A DNA stretch of 64,000 bases, taken from contig JALTXX010000016.1 in the NCBI GenBank assembly GCA_027046625.1, positions 42,202 to 106,201 on the forward strand, read 5' to 3'. Positions 45,896-56,669 of the stretch are shown piece by piece. Origin of the DNA: Candidatus Micrarchaeota archaeon (lineage in GTDB: Archaea; Iainarchaeota; Iainarchaeia; JAADDC01). The notes below the pieces were generated by a model. The model was not told the origin of the DNA and searched no databases. It was given only the letters and a program-made list of their open reading frames with translations. Position 1 is the stretch's first letter. Each line of letters opens with the position of its first letter. A program made the translations under genes and the position numbers.

Positions 45896-48800
45896 TTAAA
45901 TAGCTCCTTGAGGACTCTCAACTGTGATCTCTCTTTCGGCTTTTAAAGTATTTCCTTTGTCATCTATTATGGTGCATTGAATTTTATATATACCTGGCTC
46001 TTTTGGAGTGAATGTTATATTTGGAGGTGTATTAAAGCTCTTGCTTGTGAGCAGCAATTCACATACACCATCTTCACGGTATGTTCCTTCCGCCTCTTTA
46101 CAGGTTTGTAAGTCTAAAAGTTCTATCTTACGAATTTCAATAGTACCGTTTGTTACAGGAGCGCCGTACTCGCAAGATATACTAACTTTATCTCCAACGT
46201 ATATGCCATCTCTTTTGGATAGTCTTATTTTGGGTTTGCTTAAGGTCTGTTGTGTACCAGACTGTTCAATCTGGGTTCTTTCAGCAATGTTTGTAATTTC
46301 GCCCCCTTGAGCAGACGGTTCTTGTGCCGCCACAACGTTTATGGTTGCTGAAATGGTTTTGCCATCCCATGAGCATTTGGCAGTATATGTGCCAGCAGAG
46401 CTGAAGCTATAGCTAAGGCTGCTTGCTCCCTCTGTTGATGTAATACTTTGATTGTTCTGTAGTATTTCTATGTTTTTGGCTCCCACACACTTAATTTCTA
46501 TTGCTGTACCTGCCTTTGTCTGTACCTCGTACTCATCCGAGGCGGTGAGAACCTGCTCCTGTCCATCCCAGGAAAGTTTCATCGTGGGTTCAGCCACCCC
46601 TGGTGAAACTTCCTGAACGGGGGCAAGGAATAGATACCTCCTCCCCTTTTCTGAGTAATCCTTTATCTTATCATATAGAACACCCCACCATCTTTCTATG
46701 GCTGTACACGTGACATCAGGGACGAGGTTTCCAGCGTTATTTGGTGTATAATCCAGACACAAGCGTGGCTTGTCCGGAAGTGTTATAATGGCTGTTTTAC
46801 CGTCTCCAGCTATTTCTATCTTGTTATCTTTACACGTAACAGATATACCTGTATCAGTCTCAAATCGCTGGCTGCCATTATTGCACACATCGTCATAGGC
46901 AGGGAAAAGGTAATCTGATTGAGACAATGTGGCGTTGTTCTTGATGTGATCATAGGCTGTGGCTACTATATCGTACACCTGATTACCAAATGTTTTGTAC
47001 CCCTTTATCCTGAGCGATTCTCCCCTCTTTTCAAAGGCGCTTAAATCCAAAAAGTATCCATCCGCCGGATTTGCTGTAACAGCTAAGGTGTTATCCCCAA
47101 CCTTAAGTGATATTTGTTTGTTGTTTGTAGGACAGTAAATCTCCAAGCCTATTAGCTTGTCAACCTCAACTGTAAACGCTTTATCCATGATTTTATCTTC
47201 CCACTTTACAACACATTCGTTGGGATTGATTCCAACATTCCCAAACTTCAAAATGTAGTGTTTGTCGTTTCTGCTAATGTGAAAGACCACCTTTTCCCTT
47301 AGACTGTTTAGTACATCGTCGATGTTTGGTTCTCCCTTGCAGATATTTGTAAGCACCACCTTAGGATCTGATATGTACACTCCTTGCAACGCACTTATCT
47401 TAACAGCCTTTTCTGTATCTGGTTCTACCCTCTCTATACAAACCTTGAGGAGCTTCTCCTTCTCTAGAGGAGCCTCCGCAAGTGTTATATTAAATGTTTT
47501 GAGTTGTATCATCAAATCCTTGCTTATATCAACGTCTGTCATATAAAGTTCGATTTTACCCTCTTCTGGGATTATTTCAATCCTATTATCCAACTTGGCT
47601 CCTGGAACCTCTATCATAATTGGTAGATCTAGTATGTATGTGGGAGAAATACTTAGTACCACTTTTAGTTTGTCTTCCTTTGCCTCTATACTGTCTGTTT
47701 TTATGCTGATATTTGGAGAGGATATCTTCACCCTTTTGCTCGTCTCAAAGAGGGTGGTAGACCCGTACTTTACCCTAACTGTTACATCGATGGACTGGGT
47801 CTTTATAGAGCCTTCCTCTGCTACAGGAACAAACCTATATATGCTGCAACCATCCTTTTCGCCCATTTCTTTTATCATCTCAACCCTTATATCACCAGCA
47901 TCAGGAATTACTTCTACTGATAGCTTAGGAGGTACGCAAACATTAAGCTGGTTTGTATTGGTGGTTATTTCCACCGCGTCCTTCACATTGTACTTTCTGT
48001 AGGTTCTTTCCCATCCTTTGTAGAATGGCGCCTCTACAGAGATTTTGAGGGAGGAGCAACCCCTTAAATCCAAGGAAAAGTTAACCTTTCTGCCTTCCTT
48101 CTCCTCATTTGCGCACCCAGATACCTTTACAATAGGTGTGATACCTTCTTCTACCCCCTTTACCTCAATGTTAACCGTTGTGTCTCCAGTAGGCAAAAAC
48201 CTGCCCTCAATGTTGGGGTTAATGTCTACAACAGGGGAAAGTGTTTTTAGATCCGCAACTACACCGAAGGATCCAACGTCAAGGGTATCCCAACGCTTAT
48301 CTTTTTCTCCTTTCACCTTTAGGAGGAATGCAACCTCATCTCCCTCTTCAATGATGCTCCTTAGCTTCTTTATGAGAGAAGCACTGCTTATTATATTGCC
48401 TTTATTTATTCTTCCACTCATTAACTCTACACTGCCTTTGCCTCCTTGGGCAATGAGCTTGAACTCTCCAGCTGCGGGGGCAAATCCTTCTTTCCTAAGG
48501 AGGAGGGCTAGATCAACCTTGTACCTTTCTATATCCCAGATATCTATTACATCAACTGTCTCATCTTTGTAGAACAACCCAAAAGAATAGCATATTCTTC
48601 CATCTTCTGTGCATTTGAGCTCCTCCCCCACTGGGAATAGGTATCTTTTATCGCCAACGGACAAAGATACAAAGAAGGCATCCTCCTTTACGCGGAATTT
48701 TATGTACATCGTCTTCACGGCTGGTCCATCTTTGAGAGAAAATGCAACCCCATCCTCTGATACCTCCCCGCTTGGGAAGGACGATATCGCCTTTGCATTC

Positions 48801-50653
48801 TCTAAACCAATGAAAAATTGTGCCTCTTTCTCATACCCTACCCTTATTACTGCCCAGTATTCCTCTCCCTCTTTTAAGGAACCTACAGGAGATCCATCCT
48901 TTTTGATCTCTACCAGCTCTATTCCTTCCTTAAATTCTAGCTCCAAGGTAATGTCTTCCGCACCATTTGGAGGGACTGTTACAGCCTCAAAGTAATACTT
49001 TTTACCTTCGTACTCCACTATTGGTATTATTTCCACATTCCCAGGTACCTCCACAGCAGTAGGACCAAGGAAGGAGGACTCTCCCTCCCATATCACCTTA
49101 CCTCTATACAGTATGGACACCTTTGCCTCTACCGGGATGTTATCCCTTGTTACAGTTATGTTTAGTGTGCCTTTGTTGGGAACAAAGGTAACAGTGATCT
49201 CTTTCTCTTTCTTTTCCCCTACCTCTATTACGTTTTCGTATAGTACCGATCCCTTATACTCCACAACTACATCATACTCCCCCACGGGAACAGATTTTAT
49301 TATAGCTATGCCATCAGCGTTCGTTTTTGCCTCTAAGCCAAGATACTGCTCTCCCTTTGTAAGATAAACAATAGCATTTCTTATGGGTGTGCCATCAAAC
49401 AGCCTCACTGCAACCTTTACATCCCCACTTTTAACCACCTTCTTCAAGGTAACGGTTTTATCTCCCTCCGCAACACAGAACTCCACCTTTTTGGGAGTGT
49501 ACTCCTCCTTTGTAATGTTGAGAACCCCGCATCCTGTGAGGGAAAGGGTGAAGGTTGCAACCCCATCCTCTGTACTTTTTGAAAGCTTCACGCTATCCAG
49601 CTCAAGTCTCACGTTGGCTCCACTAAGAGGGTTTCCTTCCTCATCCTTCACATAAACCTTAAAACTGTATTCTATGGTAGGGATCTCCACCGATATATTC
49701 CACTCGTTGCTATTCTTTTTTACTTCAAAGATGGAACCATCTTTTACTTCCACGGCAGAAAGCTTGCCCTCCCAGAATATTTCCGCAGAGAATACCTTAT
49801 ACTTTCCTGGAGGAAGTCTTATCTTTTTTATACCACCATTTACTACCACTTTTATGCCGTTTCCAGGAGAAGACACAAGTCCGATGGTTACTATACCATT
49901 GAGCAATTCTCCCTCTCCAGTATAAAGTCTTATGGTAACAGGAATCTCCTCTGCCTCAACTCCCTTTAGAGAGGAGGACGGCTTTTCAAATCTAAGCACC
50001 ACAGAGGAGGGTAACTTCTCAAAGGAGTAGGAAGCAACCTTATTTCCAAGGGTTTTGTGCATCGCCTTAAAGGTTATCCTATCTCCCTTACCAGCTTTTA
50101 TACACTCCTCCTTTGTGGGGGAGAAACAAAGATTGAAGGAGCTTCCATCCTGGGAGAATACCTCATTTCCATTTACTAGTACCTTTAAGGTTGCCTTGAT
50201 AGGTGTTCCGGCGCTTAGATCCCTTATTAGCACCTCTACGGTCTTTTCCTCAGGTTTTAGAACAATGGCGAACCCACCATCCACCTCATCTAACCTAACG
50301 GCCTTGTACCCCTCCAACTCCACCTTTAGTATTCTTGCCTCTTCAGGAAGCGTCACTCTGCCATCCTCTGCAAGGAACTCCAGCCTTTCTCCGTCCACCT
50401 CTGCGATGACCCTTACGTTGGAGAGTGGCTTGCCTTCTGTGTCTACAAAACTATATACTACATACTTTGGTGCAAAGAATGCCTGAAATATGCCAGCTGA
50501 AATCAAAAGAACAAGTATACCACTTACCAGATAAAAGGTGTTTATCCCTCTTGCCTCTAGTGGTCCAATAATTTTGTCCATAGGGATGCCAAGCTCTACC
50601 AGCCTATCGAGAAACCCGTAATACATATCTTCAAGCCTTTCTAATATACTCAT
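45896..50653 (-). CDS. giant membrane-anchored surface protein with carboxypeptidase-regulatory/Ig-like repeats
   Basis: N-terminal cytoplasmic helix plus TM; repeats such as VKDEEGNPLSGANV and DGTPIRNAIVYL; C-terminal PKD-like units; start ATG 50653. Confidence 0.8.
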   Translation of the reverse strand: MSILERLEDMYYGFLDRLVELGIPMDKIIGPLEARGINTFYLVSGILVLLISAGIFQAFFAPKYVVYSFVDTEGKPLSNVRVIAEVDGERLEFLAEDGRVTLPEEARILKVELEGYKAVRLDEVDGGFAIVLKPEEKTVEVLIRDLSAGTPIKATLKVLVNGNEVFSQDGSSFNLCFSPTKEECIKAGKGDRITFKAMHKTLGNKVASYSFEKLPSSVVLRFEKPSSSLKGVEAEEIPVTIRLYTGEGELLNGIVTIGLVSSPGNGIKVVVNGGIKKIRLPPGKYKVFSAEIFWEGKLSAVEVKDGSIFEVKKNSNEWNISVEIPTIEYSFKVYVKDEEGNPLSGANVRLELDSVKLSKSTEDGVATFTLSLTGCGVLNITKEEYTPKKVEFCVAEGDKTVTLKKVVKSGDVKVAVRLFDGTPIRNAIVYLTKGEQYLGLEAKTNADGIAIIKSVPVGEYDVVVEYKGSVLYENVIEVGEKKEKEITVTFVPNKGTLNITVTRDNIPVEAKVSILYRGKVIWEGESSFLGPTAVEVPGNVEIIPIVEYEGKKYYFEAVTVPPNGAEDITLELEFKEGIELVEIKKDGSPVGSLKEGEEYWAVIRVGYEKEAQFFIGLENAKAISSFPSGEVSEDGVAFSLKDGPAVKTMYIKFRVKEDAFFVSLSVGDKRYLFPVGEELKCTEDGRICYSFGLFYKDETVDVIDIWDIERYKVDLALLLRKEGFAPAAGEFKLIAQGGKGSVELMSGRINKGNIISSASLIKKLRSIIEEGDEVAFLLKVKGEKDKRWDTLDVGSFGVVADLKTLSPVVDINPNIEGRFLPTGDTTVNIEVKGVEEGITPIVKVSGCANEEKEGRKVNFSLDLRGCSSLKISVEAPFYKGWERTYRKYNVKDAVEITTNTNQLNVCVPPKLSVEVIPDAGDIRVEMIKEMGEKDGCSIYRFVPVAEEGSIKTQSIDVTVRVKYGSTTLFETSKRVKISSPNISIKTDSIEAKEDKLKVVLSISPTYILDLPIMIEVPGAKLDNRIEIIPEEGKIELYMTDVDISKDLMIQLKTFNITLAEAPLEKEKLLKVCIERVEPDTEKAVKISALQGVYISDPKVVLTNICKGEPNIDDVLNSLREKVVFHISRNDKHYILKFGNVGINPNECVVKWEDKIMDKAFTVEVDKLIGLEIYCPTNNKQISLKVGDNTLAVTANPADGYFLDLSAFEKRGESLRIKGYKTFGNQVYDIVATAYDHIKNNATLSQSDYLFPAYDDVCNNGSQRFETDTGISVTCKDNKIEIAGDGKTAIITLPDKPRLCLDYTPNNAGNLVPDVTCTAIERWWGVLYDKIKDYSEKGRRYLFLAPVQEVSPGVAEPTMKLSWDGQEQVLTASDEYEVQTKAGTAIEIKCVGAKNIEILQNNQSITSTEGASSLSYSFSSAGTYTAKCSWDGKTISATINVVAAQEPSAQGGEITNIAERTQIEQSGTQQTLSKPKIRLSKRDGIYVGDKVSISCEYGAPVTNGTIEIRKIELLDLQTCKEAEGTYREDGVCELLLTSKSFNTPPNITFTPKEPGIYKIQCTIIDDKGNTLKAEREITVESPQGAI

Positions 50654-50688
50654 CCGAATAAATATGTTGCCAGAATATAAAATACTTG

Positions 50689-50740
50689 CGATGATGAATG
50701 ATCGGGCAGACCGATGGATGAGGAGAGGAGGTGGCTGAGC
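50689..50740 (+). ncRNA. C/D-box guide sRNA
   Basis: C ATGATGA (50691), guide, D' CCGA, C' TGGATGA, guide, D CTGA (50735). Confidence 0.7.
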
Positions 50741-51762
50741 TGATAACCATTGTTGGAGGTGCATTTGGAGCCTATCTTGGAAAGATGCTTTCCTCTGAGG
50801 GAGAAAAAGTGATTCTCTATGAAAAGCAAAGGAATAGACATGTTATATGTGGAGGACTGGTTAATAGAAAAAGTATCAGAAGATTTGGGCTAAAGAATTA
50901 CGTTATAAACTGGGTAGACGGTGCGATAGTAACTGCAGGAGAAGAGGAGCTTGAGATAAACAAGAAACGTGTTGCAGGAGTGTTAGATAGGGATGCTATG
51001 TTTAGGGGAATCCTAGAGGAGGCGGAGGCAGCAGGGGTATCGGTTATGTATAAAACATGGAGAGGGGAGAGAGGTGGGGTGTTGGTAGGAGCAGATGGTG
51101 CCGCCTCCTCCTTGAGGAAAGAGGTTACAGATAGGAGGGTAAACTACATTCTTGCTGTTCAGGCAAGAACGGAGTATGACAGTGATAAGGTTAGGGTGGA
51201 CTTTGGCCCCTGGAGCCCTTCTTTCTTTGGGTGGATTATCCCTCTTGGGGATGGAACCTCCCATATAGGGGTTGGCATCCCTCCTTCCGAAGGAAGAGGA
51301 TGGAAAAAATACCTGAACATGTATGCGTCTTTTCTTCAGCTCTCATACTGGAACCCCGAGGCAAGGATCATCCCCATTTCCCCACCCCTTTGGACAGTCA
51401 AGAGGAGGAATGTATATCTCCTCGGAGACGCCGCAGTTCAAACAAAGGCCACAACGGGGGGAGGAATAACCTATGGATTGAGTGCAGCCCACCTTTTAGC
51501 ACGAGATATACTCAATGGGGAAGACTACAACATCCTTCACAGGAGATATATCTATCCTCGCCTTCTCCTACACTGGTTCATACATAAGATCCTCTATTCC
51601 CTCCCTCTACCTCTTCTTTTGAGATGGATAAAGGAAAACTACCTAAGTGTTCTATCCACTGCTGACATGGACGACCCCTTCACCATAATGCATCCAAAAC
51701 TCCTCACATTCATCCCCCAAACCTTCTTTCACGCCTTGAATACTCTTCTAAGACCTTCCTAA
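50731..51762 (+). CDS. geranylgeranyl reductase-family FAD oxidoreductase
   Basis: CGGL, VGADGA.S, FFGWIIP, LLGDAA..TKATTGGGI. Confidence 0.85.
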   Translation: MAELITIVGGAFGAYLGKMLSSEGEKVILYEKQRNRHVICGGLVNRKSIRRFGLKNYVINWVDGAIVTAGEEELEINKKRVAGVLDRDAMFRGILEEAEAAGVSVMYKTWRGERGGVLVGADGAASSLRKEVTDRRVNYILAVQARTEYDSDKVRVDFGPWSPSFFGWIIPLGDGTSHIGVGIPPSEGRGWKKYLNMYASFLQLSYWNPEARIIPISPPLWTVKRRNVYLLGDAAVQTKATTGGGITYGLSAAHLLARDILNGEDYNILHRRYIYPRLLLHWFIHKILYSLPLPLLLRWIKENYLSVLSTADMDDPFTIMHPKLLTFIPQTFFHALNTLLRPS

Positions 51763-52366
51763 AATCATCTATTTCCATTTCTGGCCATAATTTTGGATAG
51801 AAAATGAGCTCTGCGTATGATGCCTGTAGAGGGATAAACCCACTCAACCTCATCTCACCCGAGGTTCTGAGTATAAGGTCAGGATCGGGAAACTCAGGCA
51901 GGTAAAACCCCCTCCTAAACTCCTCATAGTTGTTTCCCTTGAACATTTTAGCCGCTCTTACAACCTCTTCTGTGGGAGAATACCCTACAAGAAGCCCCAC
52001 AACAGGTTCATTACCTTCTGTAACTTCTTCCACCTTCCCCATAAGGGATTGTATATCCCTTGGAAGAAGATCCAATCTTCCTCCAAACCGTATAGCTACA
52101 TCTTCTCCCCTTTCTACAACTTTCCTCAGTTCCCTTCTTAGGAGCCCAAAGAGCAGGTTTAGCTCTGCTTTGCTTCTGTTTTTCAGGTTTTCTAGGGAAA
52201 GTGTATAGAAGTAAACGTATTTTATGTTTGTTTCCTCCTTTAGGAATCTTATTGCCAGCTTAGCCTTTTCCACACCCTTAGAATAAGCCTCTGCCAAACT
52301 TATACCAACCTTCTTGGCGTACCTCCTATTTCCATCTGGTATAATACCTACACAGAGGGGTTCCAC
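51710..52366 (-). CDS. uppS: cis-prenyltransferase (undecaprenyl-diphosphate synthase family)
   Basis: IPDGNRRYA, LSLENL, DLILRTSGEMRLSGF, RERRFGG. Confidence 0.95.
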   Translation of the reverse strand: MEPLCVGIIPDGNRRYAKKVGISLAEAYSKGVEKAKLAIRFLKEETNIKYVYFYTLSLENLKNRSKAELNLLFGLLRRELRKVVERGEDVAIRFGGRLDLLPRDIQSLMGKVEEVTEGNEPVVGLLVGYSPTEEVVRAAKMFKGNNYEEFRRGFYLPEFPDPDLILRTSGEMRLSGFIPLQASYAELIFYPKLWPEMEIDDFRKVLEEYSRRERRFGG

Positions 52367-52420
52367 GTTTCTCCTATTATGGGAAATGCCTATAAAGAAG
52401 GACCGCCATTATACCTCACG

Positions 52421-54217
52421 ATGGGCATAAGAAAATTGAAGCGCGCATTAAGGAAGGTGCGCCACATACTATACGAAGAGGAGCTGCCAGCCCCTCCAAG
52501 GGTTTCTCCCCCTCCAGCTATGGAAGAAGAGGAGCTGGAAGATACTATCCCGCCAGAAATAGAGGAGCCAACCCCTACTGTTCCCTCTGTAGAGGATAAT
52601 GAAGATATGGATGAGGATGTTTCCTCTCTCTTGGTAGAGGAGATAGTGCCTACCCTTGAAAATGTAAAGGATGTGGTGACTGAAATAGTATCCCTTCCTG
52701 AAGACCTTCCTACGGAGATGAGTGTGGAGTGGAAACCTCCATCCTTTTCCAACGTAAATGAAGTGTACCCTCTCATTCCTCCCCATGCAAAGGCCCATAT
52801 ATTCTGGTCGGAGCAGGACAAGAAACTTCTCTACCATGTGGAAGAGCCAGTCTTAACCCTCAGGGAAAGGGAGGATCTGGAGCGCATCAAATCCCTCCTT
52901 ACAGATTTGGTGGATATTGGTGTATTTGAGGTAAAGGATTCAACCAAGCTGGAAATGTACATCTCAAAGAAGTTTGATGAGGTTGTAAGAGATTATGGTT
53001 TTTCTTTCTCTACCTTGCAGTATGAAAAAATAAAGTATTACGTGCTTAGAGACTTTGTGGGTCTTGAAAGGATAGAACCTCTTATGAGAGATCCAAACTT
53101 GGAGGATATTTCCTGCATCGGTCCTGGAGTCCCAATCTATGTATATCATCGAAAGTACGGCTCTTTACAGACCAATGTGATGTTTAAGACTAACGAGGAA
53201 CTTAACAGATTCATTGTAAAGCTTGCCCAACTCGTGGGGAAGCATGTCTCTGTTAGCAAGCCCCTTCTCCAAGGAGCTCTACCTGATGGCAGCAGGGTAC
53301 AGGCTACCTACGTAGTTACAGGAGATATTTCTACCAAGGGATCCAACTTTACTATAAGAAAGTTCACAAAAGATCCGCTAACTGTTACCGATCTTGTACA
53401 AAATGGTACCCTCACACCTCTCCTTGCAGCATACCTGTGGATAGCGGTTGAATACCGATCTTCCATGCTAGTAGCGGGAGGAACTGCCACTGGAAAAACA
53501 ACTATGCTAAATGTTATCTCCATGTTTATCCCACCTGAGGCAAAGGTAGTTTCTATAGAAGATACACCAGAGCTTAGACTACCCCATGAAAACTGGGTAC
53601 AAAAAATTGCAAGAGAGGATAGAGAGGAAGGTACAGTGGATCTGTTCGATCTACTTAAGGCGGCCCTCAGAGAGAGGCCAGAATACATTATAGTGGGTGA
53701 GGTGAGAGGAAGAGAGACCTACGTTCTATTCCAAGGTATGGCCACTGGACACCCGGGTTTTGCTACTATCCACGCTGAGAATATGAAAACTCTAGTGGAT
53801 AGGCTAATATCACCTCCTATTTCTCTTCCACCATCCCTTCTTCACTCTCTCGATCTAGTGATCTTTATGAGAAGGGCCAACGTGTCTGGCCACGAAGTTA
53901 GGAGGATAAGCTCCATAGAGGAGATAATAGGTATTGATTTAGAGAAAAAAGAGCCTAAGACCAATACATTTGTAGAGTGGGTGCCTGCCCAGGATAGATA
54001 TATTATGCCATCCAAAAAAAGCAAGGTTATAGACAAGATTATTCGAGAAAGAGGTGTTAGCGCGGAGAGTGTGTGGAGTGAGCTCAAGAGACGCTCCTTC
54101 GTGATAGAATACCTAATAAAAAACAACATAAGGTACTATAGGGATGTGCAGCGGTACATTACCCGATACTATAAGGAGCCTGACAAGTTGTTGGAGGAGA
54201 TAGGCTATGGTGCTTAA
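52421..54217 (+). CDS. type II/IV secretion (pilus assembly) ATPase
   Basis: GGTATGKTT, SIEDTPEL, LRERPEYIIVGEVRG, TGH. Confidence 0.93.
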   Translation: MGIRKLKRALRKVRHILYEEELPAPPRVSPPPAMEEEELEDTIPPEIEEPTPTVPSVEDNEDMDEDVSSLLVEEIVPTLENVKDVVTEIVSLPEDLPTEMSVEWKPPSFSNVNEVYPLIPPHAKAHIFWSEQDKKLLYHVEEPVLTLREREDLERIKSLLTDLVDIGVFEVKDSTKLEMYISKKFDEVVRDYGFSFSTLQYEKIKYYVLRDFVGLERIEPLMRDPNLEDISCIGPGVPIYVYHRKYGSLQTNVMFKTNEELNRFIVKLAQLVGKHVSVSKPLLQGALPDGSRVQATYVVTGDISTKGSNFTIRKFTKDPLTVTDLVQNGTLTPLLAAYLWIAVEYRSSMLVAGGTATGKTTMLNVISMFIPPEAKVVSIEDTPELRLPHENWVQKIAREDREEGTVDLFDLLKAALRERPEYIIVGEVRGRETYVLFQGMATGHPGFATIHAENMKTLVDRLISPPISLPPSLLHSLDLVIFMRRANVSGHEVRRISSIEEIIGIDLEKKEPKTNTFVEWVPAQDRYIMPSKKSKVIDKIIRERGVSAESVWSELKRRSFVIEYLIKNNIRYYRDVQRYITRYYKEPDKLLEEIGYGA

Positions 54218-55088
54218 ACCTTTGGCACGTTTTGCCTATAGAATATTTGGTAGATTCGTCTACAAACACAAGGATCTCTTTCTCCCTCTACAAGAGGATC
54301 TAAAAAAGGCAAGACTTCCCTATTCGCTAGATGAATATGTTTCCCTCATTATATTAGTGGCTCTACTCTCCTTTCTTATCTTCCTCCTAATAGGGTGGAT
54401 ACTCTTTCATCCCTTACCCTTCCCCATGAACATCATTACTGCCCTCTTCGGAGCAATAGGGACATCTGCTATCCTTTCCATTATTCTCTATAATCATCCC
54501 AAGATGGCAGCTATAAGCAGAGCCTCCGAGATAGATGCGGTTCTTCCCTTTGCTGTGATGCATATGTCTACCCTTGCAGGTTCGGGAATTCCTCCTCACC
54601 ATCTCTTCCGTATTATGGGGTTGATAGAAAAGTATGGGGAGGTAGCACGAGAGTGTAACATTATTTACAGGGATGTTTCCATACTGGGAAAGGATATATT
54701 TACAGCCCTATCAGATGCTGCCAAGGAATCCCCTTCCCGACTATGGGCGGAGCTTCTATGGGGCATTACTTCTACTCTTCGCTCGGGTGGCTCCCTGAGA
54801 GAGTACCTTTTTATGCGTGCCAAAGACCTTAGAACTATGATAGAGAGAAAAGAAAGGGAGCTCATGGAGACTATGAACCTACTTACAGAGATATACCTTA
54901 TTATCTTTGTGATGGGTCCTATTTTGGTGGCCATTGTGCTTGCATTGTTAAGTATGATGGGCGGCACCTTTAACATTGGAATTGACCCTGTCCAAGGATT
55001 TGCTCTCCTTACCTACCTTATACTTCCTGTTACGGGTGTGATATTCCTCCTTATTGCAGAAATGATGAAGCCGAGGGAGGTAGTATGA
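54207..55088 (+). CDS. type II secretion F-family (TadC/FlaJ-like) pilus platform protein
   Basis: LPFAVMHM..LAGSG, SPS..W.ELL.G....LRSGG. Confidence 0.88.
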   Translation: MVLKPLARFAYRIFGRFVYKHKDLFLPLQEDLKKARLPYSLDEYVSLIILVALLSFLIFLLIGWILFHPLPFPMNIITALFGAIGTSAILSIILYNHPKMAAISRASEIDAVLPFAVMHMSTLAGSGIPPHHLFRIMGLIEKYGEVARECNIIYRDVSILGKDIFTALSDAAKESPSRLWAELLWGITSTLRSGGSLREYLFMRAKDLRTMIERKERELMETMNLLTEIYLIIFVMGPILVAIVLALLSMMGGTFNIGIDPVQGFALLTYLILPVTGVIFLLIAEMMKPREVV

Positions 55089-56224
55089 AGCTGAAGCTCT
55101 TTGGTAGGGTAAGAGAAATACCTGATATACTTATAATACTGTTATTTGACCTTATTTTGGCTATTGTACTTTTCTGGATACTAAACACATTCTACATCGA
55201 TACGCCTTACTACCAAAACTTCCTTGTTTTATCTATATTCACCGTTCTGCTTCTACCCTTTGTATACTTCTATCTAAACTATCGCCGCATAAGGGAGAAG
55301 GAGAAGTACTTCCCCCAATTCCTAAAAGACCTTGCAGATGCTCACAGAACCGGTCTCAGTTTAGTTAGAGCGGTTTACCATATTTCCAGCCATCACTACG
55401 GCCCTCTTACACCTCATGTAAAGAGGCTTGCCATACAAATGTCCTGGGGTGTTCCGTTTGAGGACGCATTCCGCAAATTTGCAAAGGAAACAGGCAGTCC
55501 CATGATAGAGTCCGCCACCCTCATCATATTAGAGGCCTTCTCCTCGGGAGGGAAAACAGCGGATGTGCTTGAAACTGTTGCAGAAGATTTTAGAATACTT
55601 TCTGACATAAAGGAAGAGAGGAAGAGCAAGTTTTCGCCCTTTGTGGGAACCATGTATGTAGTTATCCTTATCTCCCTGGGAATGAGCTATATTCTACTTA
55701 ACATACTACTCCCTGACATGTCCATCCTTCCCACCTTTTCCCTCAACCTCTCTCCTACTCAGGCTGCCCCTGCTGGTGTCACTACTATACCAGAAACCAC
55801 TTTGAAAGTACTCTTCCTTCACATGATGCTCATAGAAGCAGTTATAAGCGGTATGCTTGCTGGTATCTTGGGAGAGGGAAGCTGGAGTGCCGGTATAAAA
55901 CACGTTCTAATCATGGCTTTTATTGTTATAATAGTGTTCCAGCTAGTGATCATCCCCATAAATCCGGTAGAAAGGATTCAGCGAGCGTTGGAAAAGATGC
56001 CATCCTCCGTAAATGTAACTATAGATCTTGGAAGAATATACTTGGAACAATCCATTCCAAGGGACGCCTTTGATGTAAACCTCTCTATAAATTTTGTGAA
56101 GTCTCCCGGTTGTTGTGAAGGTATAGAGGTGAATGAGGATGGTATTTTTGTAAAACAGCCGGAATATGTAAACTTAAAGGTGGTAAGTGATGGAAAGGGA
56201 TCGGCCACCATCTACGTGGGATAG
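55085..56224 (+). CDS. type II secretion F-family pilus platform protein with C-terminal extracellular domain
   Basis: FPQFLKDLA...GLSL, SWGVPFE, SGG...VL, AGIKH. Confidence 0.88.
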   Translation: MKLKLFGRVREIPDILIILLFDLILAIVLFWILNTFYIDTPYYQNFLVLSIFTVLLLPFVYFYLNYRRIREKEKYFPQFLKDLADAHRTGLSLVRAVYHISSHHYGPLTPHVKRLAIQMSWGVPFEDAFRKFAKETGSPMIESATLIILEAFSSGGKTADVLETVAEDFRILSDIKEERKSKFSPFVGTMYVVILISLGMSYILLNILLPDMSILPTFSLNLSPTQAAPAGVTTIPETTLKVLFLHMMLIEAVISGMLAGILGEGSWSAGIKHVLIMAFIVIIVFQLVIIPINPVERIQRALEKMPSSVNVTIDLGRIYLEQSIPRDAFDVNLSINFVKSPGCCEGIEVNEDGIFVKQPEYVNLKVVSDGKGSATIYVG

Positions 56225-56669
56225 CTGGAAGAAACCTCCCACCATAAAGGTGCTAGAAGCGCTGGGATGTATAGCGGATGGAAGAATAAAGATAAGCAAC
56301 AGTACAGCCACTGTAACGTCTTCTGATGGTAGTAGAACATACCTTGTAAGGATGGTAGGAAACGCTGTTTGCTCTACAGATAACGGCACAAAATTTAAAG
56401 GATACATAGGATACCCTATTATTGCATTCCTTATGCTAAAAGGGTTGTTGCCTTTTGATGAGGAGATAGCCTCACATCTAAGGGGAATCCCGTGGAAGCG
56501 CCTAAATGAAACCTATAAAAGGTACTGGATTGTGGAAAACATCATATACAAACAACTGGAGTCTAGTGGCATTCCAAAGGAGCGGGTAAAATCCTTTATA
56601 AAGAACATCATAGACAAACTGGGACAGTTGGGCCTGGGGAGGTTGGATGATGAAGTTTGCAGTGGTTGA
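56190..56669 (+). CDS. conserved-type hypothetical protein
   Basis: PPTIKVLEALGCIADGRI...DNGT...GYP...WKRLN motif-rich sequence. Confidence 0.65.
   Translation: MERDRPPSTWDSWKKPPTIKVLEALGCIADGRIKISNSTATVTSSDGSRTYLVRMVGNAVCSTDNGTKFKGYIGYPIIAFLMLKGLLPFDEEIASHLRGIPWKRLNETYKRYWIVENIIYKQLESSGIPKERVKSFIKNIIDKLGQLGLGRLDDEVCSG

Noticed and set aside
46008-50486. Series of Ser/Thr/Phe-rich plus-strand ORFs (and similar short ORFs across the window)
   Set aside because: Antisense shadows of well-supported genes, with no motifs of their own.
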